The notes beneath the pieces are model-generated. The model ran no database searches, was not told where the DNA came from, and saw only the letters and a program-made list of their open reading frames with translations. DNA of 60,083 nucleotides, counting the filler, from Porpidia crustulata (Eukaryota), in the NCBI GenBank assembly GCA_964255105.1. It is 9 parts of 9 records of this genome, joined end to end, with 100 filler letters (N's around TTAATTAATTAA, not from the genome) between each part and the next. Parts side by side here need not be neighbours in the genome. Positions count along the whole stretch, not along the records: positions 1 to 6,611 come from CAXUWE010001500.1; positions 6,712 to 13,318 come from CAXUWE010001501.1; 7 more parts are not named here. One strand, given 5' to 3'. The translations under genes were made by a program, and so were the position numbers. The stretch's first letter is position 1. The number at the start of each line of letters is the position of its first letter. Positions 1 to 11,151 of the stretch are shown piece by piece.

Positions 1-3000
1 CCCAAACACCACCCGCCGCCACCCAGACGCCTCCCGCACATCTTTCACAAACTCCATCGTCGGGAAATAATGCTCGTTCTTCTTCATCGTCGCCACCCAC
101 GGCACATTATCAAACGTCACCACTCGCAAGCGAAAATACGTATTGTCCTCGATCCGATTGACGGCGTCCAGGAAACTCGACAGCGTCGGCGTCGGCGTGT
201 CATTGATGGCCGTCAGGAAGTTGGTCGGCGAGAGGCCGTACTGGTACGCCGGCGACCCGCGCGTGCGTGCGCTGACGTAGACTTCGCTGTGCAGCTTGCT
301 AATCTGCTGGCGCACGGCGTGGTGGGGGCGGTGCAGCACGGCCCCGCAGAAGATGACGGCGCGGTCGGTTTCGAGGTCTTGGGTTGGGATGGTGGGCACG
401 TTCAGGCGGACTTCTTTGCCGCCGCGGACGACGAGGGCGTCAAGTGTGGTGTGGTCGTACATAATGTCGAGTTCCGAGACGCGCGTGATGAGTTTGTCGT
501 TGAGAGTAAGGATGATGTCACCCTCAAGGAGGGACTGGGAGTCGTAGCCTGTGCTGGGGGCGCAATCGATTTTGCGAACCATGAAGAGCTGGTGCCTTGA
601 CGAGTTTGCTTGAGCTACTTTGGCAATCCAATCTTCCGAGACACCCATGATGCGGACTTGGGACATTTGAATGGTATTGGTTTCGACGTTGAGGATTCGG
701 AGTTCGGGCACTATGCCCCTTTGGATCTGATCGATGACAGGAAGGAGAGTAGGTGTTGCGAGGCCAAGGTGATATTCGGTATCTTTTTGATTATGGGGGG
801 AGCGTTCGCCAAGGTAGCTGAGCCAGAGAGCTTCAACAGTGCCATCGTCGGCCACGAGAACACCGCTACCACACTGGCCACTTAAGCCGGTATCAACAGT
901 CACAGCGTCAAGGTTGATGGCGCGATATCTTGGCGCTGAAGCATTTGAAGGGATGGCAACGGTCGTAATGTCGGTTACTGTGGTTGGGGTCACCACCGCT
1001 CTTAGATTTTGATTGAAACCAAGAAAGGTCGTAGAGGCACCTTGCTTGATGGAATATGTTGCTAGCTTGGCGCTCTTGACCGGGGCGTCGACTAACGAGG
1101 GATCGTACTGGACGACGGCATAATTAGCTAGGGGATGCATGAAAATGACTTTCGCGTCCACAATGATTGAATCGGCTACGGTAACGGAGAGATCACACAA
1201 ATCGTATGGTACCACTGCCCTTGAAACGATGACAAGGCCCCTTTCGGCGTTAATGACCAACCCAAAGCCTATCTTCCGGGCCCTTGGGAAACCGTCAAGC
1301 TTCAGAGGCATTGTACATGACACGCGCACAAAGCTTCGGATAATGTCTGTTGCTGCGGGACTTCCAACGGTATCGAGACGGACAAAGTCTGCTTTGCATC
1401 GAACCGGAGAAGCTGCCGGCAGGGGTTCGGCCAGGTCTGTAAAGTCCCAAATGCCAGTCGTGTCGTTGCGAACCGCCATTTTCATTTTGCTACTCCAGTG
1501 CCGATCAATGTAGATTATGCTGGTATTGAGCGTGTGTAGATCTCGTAGATGCTTGTATGTCACTACCACGCGAGCCCTGTCAGGAATCTTCGACATGACT
1601 TCTATGAATGTATTCAGATCTGGAGTCTTTTTCTGGTCGACTGATTCTATGATCCATCCTGATTCGGTATTCTCAAATCTGAAAGAGCCGGCCGCTTCGC
1701 AAACGAAGACCCCTTTCACAGGGATGGCATAAAGGCGGGCCTGTTGGTAGGAAAGATCATGGAATGATCCTCCAGCAACAGTCACGAATCTATCAGGGGT
1801 AATAGCATGTAAATCTCCCACGTCTAGCTGAACCTCAAGATCTTTGCCTCCTCGCTGTATCAATAGGGTGACCGTGCGGTCGACGTTCGAGTCCAAGATT
1901 GCATCCAGGCGGATGAACTGCGTGAGTAATTCTCCATTGACTTTGACCAGAACATCTCCCTCCTGTAGCTTTCGATCCGCGGGTCCCTTTGGTAAGACGA
2001 TTTCCGCAACCAGCATTCCAGTCTCCTTGGGGAAATGTTTTCTTATCTCAGCCTCAGTCTCAGGGGTAAGACCTAATCTTCGGCACTCGTCGAATGGCTT
2101 GAGAATCCATTGGGTTTGGATCGTACCGCGTACAATGGGCTCGCCTTTTCTAATGCACTCTAAAGCTCGTAAGGGGCGATCCAAAGGGAGGAAGTAGTCC
2201 GTCGCGGCGCCATCAGCTCTGCCACCAGCTTGCAAAGCTACAGCATAGCCATCGACATTCACGACAGGACTACCAGAACTACCTCCACTGGCGGCAGCAG
2301 CAGCTTGTATGTAGTTTGTGTTGAAGTCACTATATCCTTCACCGTATTCTGGTGCATTCCTATCAAGCCTACTTATGACACCAGACAGAATACTGAGCTT
2401 CTCCCCAGCATCGTTGCCCACCACCCTGATTTCGGATCCCACTTTTGCAAGATCCGGCCTGAGCTTCAGCTCCGTGAGAGGCATGTATTTGATCGCTTTA
2501 GGGTCGAACCGAAGGATTCCAAAGTCGTGAACAGGGTCGCGATAGACAGGGTAGACATCGCACTATCACACATTAGCACACCTATTGTCAATTTGGAAGA
2601 ATCTCACATACCTCCTCGTGATTGTCAAATATGCAGTAGCCCCAGAAAGGGCCAGCCCCGACAACATGCCGATTGGTAAGGATGTAGCCTTTTTCCGCGT
2701 CAACAACGAACCCCGTTGCCTCACTCGAAATTGCAGGGTCTGTGTCGAAGGAGCAAGTTTGGCAAAAGTGTATGGAAACCACATTCCGGACAACTTTCTC
2801 TATTGTAGCTTGCCATTCCGCTGTGTCGGCAGTAGCTGCCGTGACTGGTAGTAGTCGAGTATCTTCTCCGTCACTTTCCATGCTGTATAGGCTATCGTTC
2901 GGGGTTTCTTCGCCGTCGACCAAGTCAGAAGCGGCGGGTTTGAAGAGCTTTGTTGGACGATCTAAGATCCTGACGGGACTGTTCTTTCTCTTCGTACGGG

Positions 3001-3019
3001 CATCACCGTTACATTCCAT
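1..3019 (-). CDS. NMA111: Nma111/Ynm3 HtrA-family serine protease with PDZ-like domains (3' end cut by window edge)
   Basis: Catalytic triad motifs TNRHVV, PVHDFG and [11 protein letters not shown]. Intron 2563-2611 (GTATGT...TAG). The frame stays open to the C-terminal [15 protein letters not shown] near position 50. In-frame ATGs at 3019, 3037 and 3187. Confidence 0.95.
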
Positions 3020-3857
3020 ATTGTGGAAGGTTGACATGATCCTGGATCTTGCTCCTAGCTGGCTCGATAAAGCTGTGGAAAAGAAGCTTCTTTTATAGGT
3101 AAAGGAGCAATGTTCTGTGAGTAATTGTGTGCGCAAGCTTATGACTCTCTTGGCTGCTTCTCTGCCGCTGACACACACGATTTGCATTCAGACTGACATT
3201 GAATTCGCGGTGAAGCTGTACACATTTCAGCTGTTCCTTCCCTCGAGCTTCGACACACGCTAGGCTACCTGCCGCCCGTTCAGGGCAGGGATACGTTAGG
3301 TAAGCAGCCCCTTATGACTCGGGTACCAATCATTGGTGAGCCTTGGATTTGCAGGGACTCGTACCTAAAGTGATATATCAACAATAAATGGGCCTTAACT
3401 ATCCATTGCAAAGATTACGAATGACTTATCGTATTGACCCTCTTCAATAATATTACTATCTATGTACTTGGAGAGGGGTGAGTCCGTGAAAGGAGCCGCA
3501 GATGTCATACCATGTAATATGACTTTGCCTCCTTGGATGCTGTACTCGATATCCACCCCGTGCAAAAGACCAAAGCCTGCTGAGTAGAAGAGAGCACAGT
3601 ACCCATATGTCTTGTGTCTCAAGTCAATACCCCACTTGATCTTCCGACTCCTCGCTATCCAAACGATTCTTCCAATGGAAGCAAAAGAAAAAACCCACTT
3701 CATAATGCCCTTAACGCAGTAATGCTGCAGGCGTTTCTTGCCGTGTGCTGTGTCTCCAATCGGGTATCACGAGAAAACAGTAACATACGCCTTTTCTCAT
3801 CTAAAAGGGGAAATCGAGCTCGGATCACCTCCTTCTAACCACTTCACACCTTGATAC

Positions 3858-6611
3858 TCACGCCAATATATTCTTTTTGCCTGAAATCCTCTCTCTCATC
3901 TCACCAAGTCCCTGCATACACTCCTTGTGTCTTCCCCAGCTAACGTCCCAGTGTTCCCTGACTCTAAAATCCTCTTCCACTCCCCGCATGTATTTCTTAT
4001 ACCCCCAATTCTCATTACCCTCACCAACAGCACTCATCCAATCCGGTTTAAACGTCGCTTCGATGCTCGTCTGGCGCTCGTTGAAATGTTGCAGCATCTT
4101 CGTGTTATACATGTTCCACTCAAACATGTAGGCGCGCATCTGAGCGAGGTAGCGCTCCCAGGATGTCTGCGTGAGGTTGGTAGGGACAGGTATTGATTTA
4201 GGCGGCGAAGGGAGAATGAGGGGTTGAGGGGTATGGATATTAAATGGATTGAGGGACGGACGGGATTCAAACGGTAGAGTTGTGGTAAGATCGTCAAGGT
4301 CACCAAGTCCGGATTGAGAGGGAGCGAAAGGTGCGACGTTTTTGAGGTCGCCGAGATTGAGATGAAATGGGTCTGCTTCGGTGCGCGTATTTCCATTGGA
4401 ACGTGGTGGTAATGCAGGGCCAGGGGGCCGCGGCGTTACGTCTGTCTGTGTACCCTCTCCTGGCATCTCTTCGCCTTTGGTCTTGGGCTGCTCAGCCGAG
4501 GGAGGCGTTAGTATTGGATCGATATCCATGGCACTTCCGCCACCGCTTGTTTTGCTGCTACTGATACTTGCGTTACTTTGTGCTTCGGCTTCCTCTCCAG
4601 AATCGTCAAGTGTTGCCGATATGCTTACAGCTTTAGGTGCTGTAGACCGTTTGTTGGTGATCTTTGAAGGTTTCCGTGCGGCTATTGGGCGTTTTCGACT
4701 CGTTCGAGTTGGGGATCCTGTGGGCGGGGGTGGAAGGAAGTCCCAACTTGTAGGCTTGAGGTGTTGAGCCCATTCGTCTTGGGAGCTTTGTCCTTGCTCT
4801 GCTCCTACGGCAGGGTCAGCCCGTTCTGGCGCAGACGACGAAGACGCGGTATCATTCGCAAATTGTGGCATCCTCTCGCTCCTTTCGCTGCCGATCGGAG
4901 CTTGCTGTCGCGGTTGCTGTCTTCTGACGGGCGATGTTCGCCCCCGCGGAACATTACCTCGATTCGGCGGTGGGGGCACGAAGTAGTCATTAGCGTTCCC
5001 CGTAAACTTACCATTCCAGTCGGATGGGGAGAAGTTCACATTGATGGTGTCCGAGCTATGACTTCTCAGTGGCGGTGCCCTAGGGGATACTTTGTGTCCG
5101 TCGTTCCTAGGTATTTTGAAACTACTGTGCAGTACGGTATCAGCAAAGTTCTGCATCTTGGATTCACCGCGTCTCGACAAATGAAAAGCATCATAAGGGG
5201 CGTCCTGGGCCTCTTGCTGCTTTCGGGGAGCTAAGCTTGAAGGTATAGCCCAATACGGGGGAAGAACAGACGAAGTTCTCGGCTGCTTGGGGGACTTGAA
5301 AGGCCATTGATCGGACCATTTCCGAGACAGAGATGAACTAGTAGGAGATTGGGAATACCCAGAAAAATCATACATTGGGGGCTTTGGCGCTTGATCGCCT
5401 GTCTCGCAGGTAGGGTCGTTTTCCTTGTCCTCATTTTCATTCACCGATGAAGATTTCTCGTACCAGCTTTGGGATTTCTGTACCGGACGCTGAGGGCGCC
5501 TAGAATGGTCTGGTACGGGAGAGGTACTATTGAGAGAGGACTGTTGTTGGCTGTGATCTAAGTCTCTGTTTGCTCGATGTGAATTGAAGCCTTCCGGATA
5601 ACCCGAAGTAGTTTTAAAGGATGACTCGTCCGCGTTCTGTTTGGCTGTCTCCAGGGGAACAGCGTCATCATCATCAACTTGAATAGATGGTCTAGAGCTG
5701 GGACGGATGGGCCCTCCAAAGGTATTTTGAGTCCGAGCATGAGGCGGCCCGCGAGGCTGCCTGATCGGGGCGTATGGTCTCTTTCCTCTATCAGCAACGC
5801 TTTCATCGGATGAGGAAGAAGACTCGGAGGAAAAAGAGGCTGCTGGGGGTACGGAAGTCCTCGTCTTTGGACTTGCACTATGGTGCTGCCTGCTCGACGT
5901 AGCCGATGCGGCCCGGTGATGAGGGCCGTCCGGATCGCTCTCGTACCACGGGCCATGCTCTTTACTTTCGCGAGTGCTCGCGGATCTCCCAAGTCCTGTA
6001 CTAGAAAAATATGTCTTCTCGCCGCCTGCGGTAGCGTAAGGTGTACTCACGCGATTGCTGTTTGAGAGCGGATCGTCGAATCTAGTTTGTGACTTAAATG
6101 CGCGTAACGGATCGGGTTTCGTAGGGGACGTTCCAGGTGCTGCATGAGCTGGCGCATAGGCAGTACGGGACCTTGGCGGAGGCTGATCGCCTCTGGAGAC
6201 ATTGGAGTACGCCGATTTGTATCTCATTGACGACTCGTCTAGGCTAGGGTCGAGCCCTGGCCTTGGTCTCATTGTACTCGGGAAGCGGGCGCGAGCTTCA
6301 TGATATTGGTCCCAGCCAGATCGTTTTGGTGGTGCATCACTAGGTAAGCCACTCGTACTTGGAGGACTAGGCTGATACGTGGATGTTCTCGGGCTTTTGG
6401 GGGGCATATGTCTTCCCTGGGGCGGTTGTCCAGTTCCATGCCTCATCTGATCCCACGCCTTAAACGCATTCACCTTTGCCCTTGCAGCATCTATATCGCT
6501 GTCTGTATTCACTGGTGCGGGTTTCGAGTCCCTCGTGTATCGATGAGCCCCAGAAGGAGGAGGTGGAAAGTTGGTCTTGGACGCCGGAGGAGGTGGTGGC
6601 CGGGGTGGAGG
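3858..6611 (-). CDS. Large Pro/Ser-rich protein, probably the C-terminal part of a Pezizomycotina DnaJ-domain protein (5' end missing at contig edge)
   Basis: ORF of more than 900 codons open to the contig end. The C-terminal block WERYLAQMRAYMFEW..MLQHF..R..YKKYMRGVEEDFRVREHWDVSW resembles that of fungal J-domain proteins as I recall them; the J domain itself is not in the contig. Confidence 0.65.
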   Translation of the reverse strand, partial: PPPRPPPPPASKTNFPPPPSGAHRYTRDSKPAPVNTDSDIDAARAKVNAFKAWDQMRHGTGQPPQGRHMPPKSPRTSTYQPSPPSTSGLPSDAPPKRSGWDQYHEARARFPSTMRPRPGLDPSLDESSMRYKSAYSNVSRGDQPPPRSRTAYAPAHAAPGTSPTKPDPLRAFKSQTRFDDPLSNSNRVSTPYATAGGEKTYFSSTGLGRSASTRESKEHGPWYESDPDGPHHRAASATSSRQHHSASPKTRTSVPPAASFSSESSSSSDESVADRGKRPYAPIRQPRGPPHARTQNTFGGPIRPSSRPSIQVDDDDAVPLETAKQNADESSFKTTSGYPEGFNSHRANRDLDHSQQQSSLNSTSPVPDHSRRPQRPVQKSQSWYEKSSSVNENEDKENDPTCETGDQAPKPPMYDFSGYSQSPTSSSLSRKWSDQWPFKSPKQPRTSSVLPPYWAIPSSLAPRKQQEAQDAPYDAFHLSRRGESKMQNFADTVLHSSFKIPRNDGHKVSPRAPPLRSHSSDTINVNFSPSDWNGKFTGNANDYFVPPPPNRGNVPRGRTSPVRRQQPRQQAPIGSERSERMPQFANDTASSSSAPERADPAVGAEQGQSSQDEWAQHLKPTSWDFLPPPPTGSPTRTSRKRPIAARKPSKITNKRSTAPKAVSISATLDDSGEEAEAQSNASISSSKTSGGGSAMDIDPILTPPSAEQPKTKGEEMPGEGTQTDVTPRPPGPALPPRSNGNTRTEADPFHLNLGDLKNVAPFAPSQSGLGDLDDLTTTLPFESRPSLNPFNIHTPQPLILPSPPKSIPVPTNLTQTSWERYLAQMRAYMFEWNMYNTKMLQHFNERQTSIEATFKPDWMSAVGEGNENWGYKKYMRGVEEDFRVREHWDVSWGRHKECMQGLGEMRERISGKKNILA

Positions 6612-6711
6612 NNNNNNNNNNNNNNNNNNNNNNNNNNNNNNNNNNNNNNNNNNNNTTAATTAATTAANNNNNNNNNNNNNNNNNNNNNNNNNNNNNNNNN
6701 NNNNNNNNNNN
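6612..6711. other. Artificial contig spacer (44 N + TTAATTAATTAA six-frame stop linker + 44 N); identical spacers at 13319-13418, 20017-20116, 26708-26807, 33387-33486, 40065-40164, 46741-46840, 53414-53513
   Basis: Identical 100-nt structure eight times; the intervening segments decrease monotonically in length (6611 to 6570 nt), as expected for size-sorted concatenated contigs. Confidence 0.99.
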
Positions 6712-7104
6712 CCCGAAAACCATCCTCATCGCTCCCCCGTCGCGCGCCGCAAGCATGCCGTATCGTTTGCACAGTTTTTCCCCCCAACCCGCGCACGACG
6801 GTTTTGGAAGTAAAAACAGAAGCAGAAGCGAAAGAAAGAAGAGTGGACAAGCGCGATGGCAGCTCGGCGGGTTTGGCTCGATATGCTTCTGTCACCTGCA
6901 CAAGTCGTCCTGATGCCTTTTGTTTTTGATATAAGGATTGCTGCTGCGAGGGAGCGGGACTGAAACGGGGGGATTCGGCTGTGGTGGATGGGAATGGCAT
7001 CAGTTTTGCATGGTGTGGATGCGGCGGCGATGGAGCAATGAGGATTTCCGAGGGCTTGGGCGTGGATGTGTTCTGGATGATGAGACCCCTTTCCAACCCT
7101 ACAC

Positions 7105-8694
7105 CTATACCTTCGCGATCCCCCACCCCACCTGCACCGCCCTCGCCATCACGAACAGCGCCGTCCCGGCAAACATCGAAACGCCGCAAAAACCCTGCAG
7201 ATACGTGTACCGCCCCTCATCCCGCGTGACCAGCGCCCCAGCGATTGGGTTCCCGAGCAAGCCCGCGATAGAGATAATCAGAAAATTGGTGCCAAGGCGG
7301 ACGCCGATGCGGCGGATGTCGGAGATCTGGGCGATGAGCGCGGGCACGAGGGAGACGAAGGCGCCGGAGGAGAAGCCGTAGAGGGCGGCGAAGAGGATGA
7401 TGGGGATGGCGCCGCGGGAGGGGAGCCAGAGGGCAAGGACGATAACGCTCGAAAAGGCGGTGGTGAGGATCATGATGTTGAAGCGGCCGATGTGATCGCC
7501 GGCCCAGCCGGGGAGAATGCGGCCGAAGATGCTGGGGGGAGGCAGGATTAGTCTTGGGGCAGATATATGGGGCTGGGAGGGAGAGTGGGAGGGGTGGTTT
7601 ACCTGGTTGCATTGAGGATGGCTATGAGGTAGTTGGCTAGTCATGCGGACATGCCTTCGGCTTGAGCTTGGAGGGTGATGAAGTTGAAGGGGAGGAAGGT
7701 GCCAAAGAAGAGGAAGCTTGCTAGGGCGGTGAGGAGGAATGGGACTTCCTTGAGGGGTCTGATAAATTCCATTACGACAAAGGGGCTAGGGCGAGGCTCA
7801 AGACGAGATTTGACGGTCAGGTTGGCGATGATCATGAGGCCAAGGATCATGAAGGCGGCGGTCCGCATGGTCCAGGCGAAGCCGATTTGGGGGATGAGGC
7901 GATCAATCATTATGCTGAGGCTGGTCAGTGCATGCGGTTTAGAACGAGAAATGGATCGAGCTAAAGGCTTACGGCATAATGACTCCTCCCAACGACGACC
8001 CAGAGGACACTATCCCAAAGACCAGTGCCCTCCTCCTGAAGAACCATGTTGCAATCGAGTTATTCGCCGCATAGAATATCGCACTCGCACCCAGGGCGCT
8101 ACACAGCCCCTGTGCCAGTAGGAACTGGTAGTATTGATGCGATAACGAGACCATCATCAACCCAAAGACATGGAAGAATGTGCCTCCCAGCAACAAGTAT
8201 CTCGGCCCATAACTATCAAATGCCTTGCCCAAAAACGTGCCTCCGAAGAACATTGTAAAGATCTCCAACGAAGGAATCCAAGCAACTGTGCTAGGCGGGT
8301 ATTCTTTGAGCTGATGCGTCTGATAGTAGGCCTGAAATATGCCGACGCAGTTGATCTAGCCGAAGCTGCAGAAGAGGCAGCACCACCCCCCCAGCGCGAC
8401 GGTCCATGCTTCTATACCTCCATCAGGGAAATCTGCAGGATTCACGCCTCCAGCGACAGGGCCGCCTTTGTTCTCGGATTGGGCTTCAGCCTCGATATCG
8501 GCATTGGCGATGCCTTGGGATTCGGGGAAGATGTTGGCTTCGGTGTTGTGGTGTTCTGGATCAGCCGAGTGTCTCAAGGAGGCACTGCGTGACAGAGATG
8601 TTGAATTGCGATTGGACGTCTTGTCGGCGACATTTTCAGTGCTCCTGTTCTCTGCAACTGTCGAGGTATTGGAGGAACCGACGTTAGAGACCAT
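7105..8694 (-). pseudogene. MFS monocarboxylate transporter (Mch/MCT family) with two in-frame stops
   Basis: Motifs [51 protein letters not shown] and IGVRLG. TAG at 8356-8358 replaces the conserved Trp (FCSFG*INCVGIFQ). TGA at 7641-7643 (GMSA*LANYL). Introns near 7914-7972 and 7534-7602. Confidence 0.85.
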
Positions 8695-9335
8695 CGATAA
8701 GGCTTGTTCGGACGACAATGAATTTTCCTTGGGTGATAGCCTCTCATGGGTCTTGTGGAGTATTTGAACAATATACAACGGTTATAAGGAGTCATCTTTA
8801 AGACGTCCACTGTTGTCAGAAATCGGATCCAACGGCAATTGAGACGGAAAGTGAGATGCCATTAGTAAGGCTGTGACTAACTTGATATGCAATAGGCTGT
8901 CAACTTAGTCCGGCCCGCCTGCCCGCCTTCGGCGATTTCTTAGCCATTTGTTAGGTCGGCATGAAGGTACTTTCATCACTGCTGTAAGCTGACCGTTGAC
9001 GGCTTCCGGCCTAGAATTGCTAATGCTTGTCATTGATGAAATCTCGCGAGACTCCAAGACATGCCCGCTGGAAGAGCAATGACGAGTTGTACGAGACGTA
9101 GCATGTGAAAATGATGGTGGATAGCAGGTTTTGCGCTCCAATCAACGCCTCTTTTTATGGCTGAGGACTTTATCTGCGGATCTTAGGGGTGTGTTCATGG
9201 AGCATATTTAGAGAGTAGAATAATGAAGGAAATGCTAATAGATCGACTTGACGATAATTCTATTTGCTCTTGGGACAATACTATCGTCTTTGTAAACTAC
9301 TGTGCCCCCACCGGACCGACCAAAAAACAGCAGTG

Positions 9336-10292
9336 TCACTTTTTCATGCCCATACCCTTCATCATCTCAATCATCATCCGGAAATACTTCTGCCTCGCCG
9401 GCTCGATCGCCCCGTACCACTTCTTCGCCGGTCCCACCACCACCTCCTCATCTCCGGCCACGAGGCCCTTCCAAGCCTCCTCGGTGAACATGTCAAGCGG
9501 CATGCCAATTGCGCTACCTCCTTTCAGATCAGGCTGGTGCTTCTCATCGTGCAGCTCGGCTGAGATACGTTAGTGGGGGAGTAGCCTTTGACGCTGAGGG
9601 GGAAGGGACGTTACTCTGCACAGCCGGCGGAGACAGCTCAATTACTTTGACGCTGGAACCGTGGAGTTGCTCGCGGAGGCACATGATCCAGGAGTGGAGG
9701 GCGGCTTTGCTGGCGCTGTAGTTGCCGACGCGTACCAAAGGAATAAGCGCGAGGCCGGATGTCGTGCTGTGGAATCGAATGTCAGTTGATTCTTGCCGTT
9801 ATGCTGAAAGGGCATAGGTACTAGATCAGAGCAGATTGTTCTTTCTTGCTTTGTAGGAAGGGCAAGAAAGCTTTGGTTAGAGCAAGATTGCTGAGATAGT
9901 TGGCCGTGAACTCCATCTGGACGGCCGAGAGATCAACGGTCTCTGGCTTCGCGAAATTCAAGCTTCATTGAATACCAGCGTTGAGCAGCACGCAGTCGAG
10001 GTCCGGATGATCCTTGATGACGCTGGATAGATAGATCAGTCGCATCCTGCAAATAGCCAACGTAGTCAACCGACCTCTCGGCAAAGCCGGGAATCTTCTC
10101 GAGCTCTAGGACGTCAAAGGGCACGGCACTGGCACTATCCTTGCCATATTTGTCCACGAAAGCGTCAAGTCTCTCCTTTCTTCTGCCAACGACAATAACG
10201 CGGGACTTTTCTTGAACCAATCGTGCAGCTAGGGCTTCTCCAATCCCACTGGTAGCACCTATGACGAGAACTTTCTTGTATGGGAAAGACAT
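9336..10292 (-). pseudogene. Short-chain dehydrogenase/reductase (DltE-like) with an in-frame TGA
   Basis: N-terminal KKVLVIGATSGIG, YSASKAALH active site, VIELSPPAVQ/TELHD. After intron 1 the frame reads LLNAGIQ*SLNFAKPETVDL, with TGA at 9965-9967 where the family has Arg (GIQR). Confidence 0.8.
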
Positions 10293-11151
10293 GACGATAG
10301 TAGAGTTGACAAAGATTATTAACTTACACTTCAAGATATTTTTTGATAATTGTCTTGAGAAGTACGAAGCCCAGCGCTACTTATATGAACCAGTATCGAG
10401 CAAAGCGAATTCGGCTTTAGCGGAATTAAGATAACTCATGATCTTTGACCGTCAGAAAATAGTAAGGAAGGTCAGCAATTCATGCAAGATATCTGCAAGG
10501 CACGGCAGAACAAGACAGTTGATAGTATCATTGGTGCCAGGAAAAGACTAAAACAAAAGCAGATATTGCCAGGGCCGTGCCAACAATCTTGCGGATGGCT
10601 TTGCGTCGCGCTGAAATATGTGCAAGTTGATAGGACTAGGTATGAAGACCAGATACAAAGACATGGAACAAAATCTCGCATCTACGTAGATCCATTTCAC
10701 TATACTCTGACCGGACGCCTAAGAATATAGCTAGGCCAGGAGGTCTACGCGATCCCACTCTAACCTCTATGTTAATCCAAGTTGAGAGGGAATATAGACT
10801 GTATCGGATTAAGAAGACTGCGCTGACGTCGTGGTGTATGCTTACTGGAACACTATTGCACACGATGACCATAGCGGCGTAGATCTACGTGAAGCCGTCA
10901 AGAAATGAGGCTGAAAGCTTCTCTATGCATTTCATGGTTTCCCGTTCATCATTGACCCTAATTAGAAAGCAAGTTATCGCCCTTACTGATCTCATGGCAG
11001 ATGACGCGGGCGTTTTGCGTATAGGACTCCTGGTGACGATCAAGTATTTAGGTGTATATTACTATGCGAAAAGGCGACAGACTGGCTCTCAGTAGCGAAT
11101 CAAAAACCATGCGGGTTTTGCTGCTAACATTAGAAGCGGAATATATTATTT

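Noticed and set aside
70..2851. Series of plus-strand ORFs in the ORF track
   Set aside because: Antisense shadows of the NMA111 coding frame; the same applies to the many ORFs overlapping GSY1, MRE11, TAF1 and GH16.
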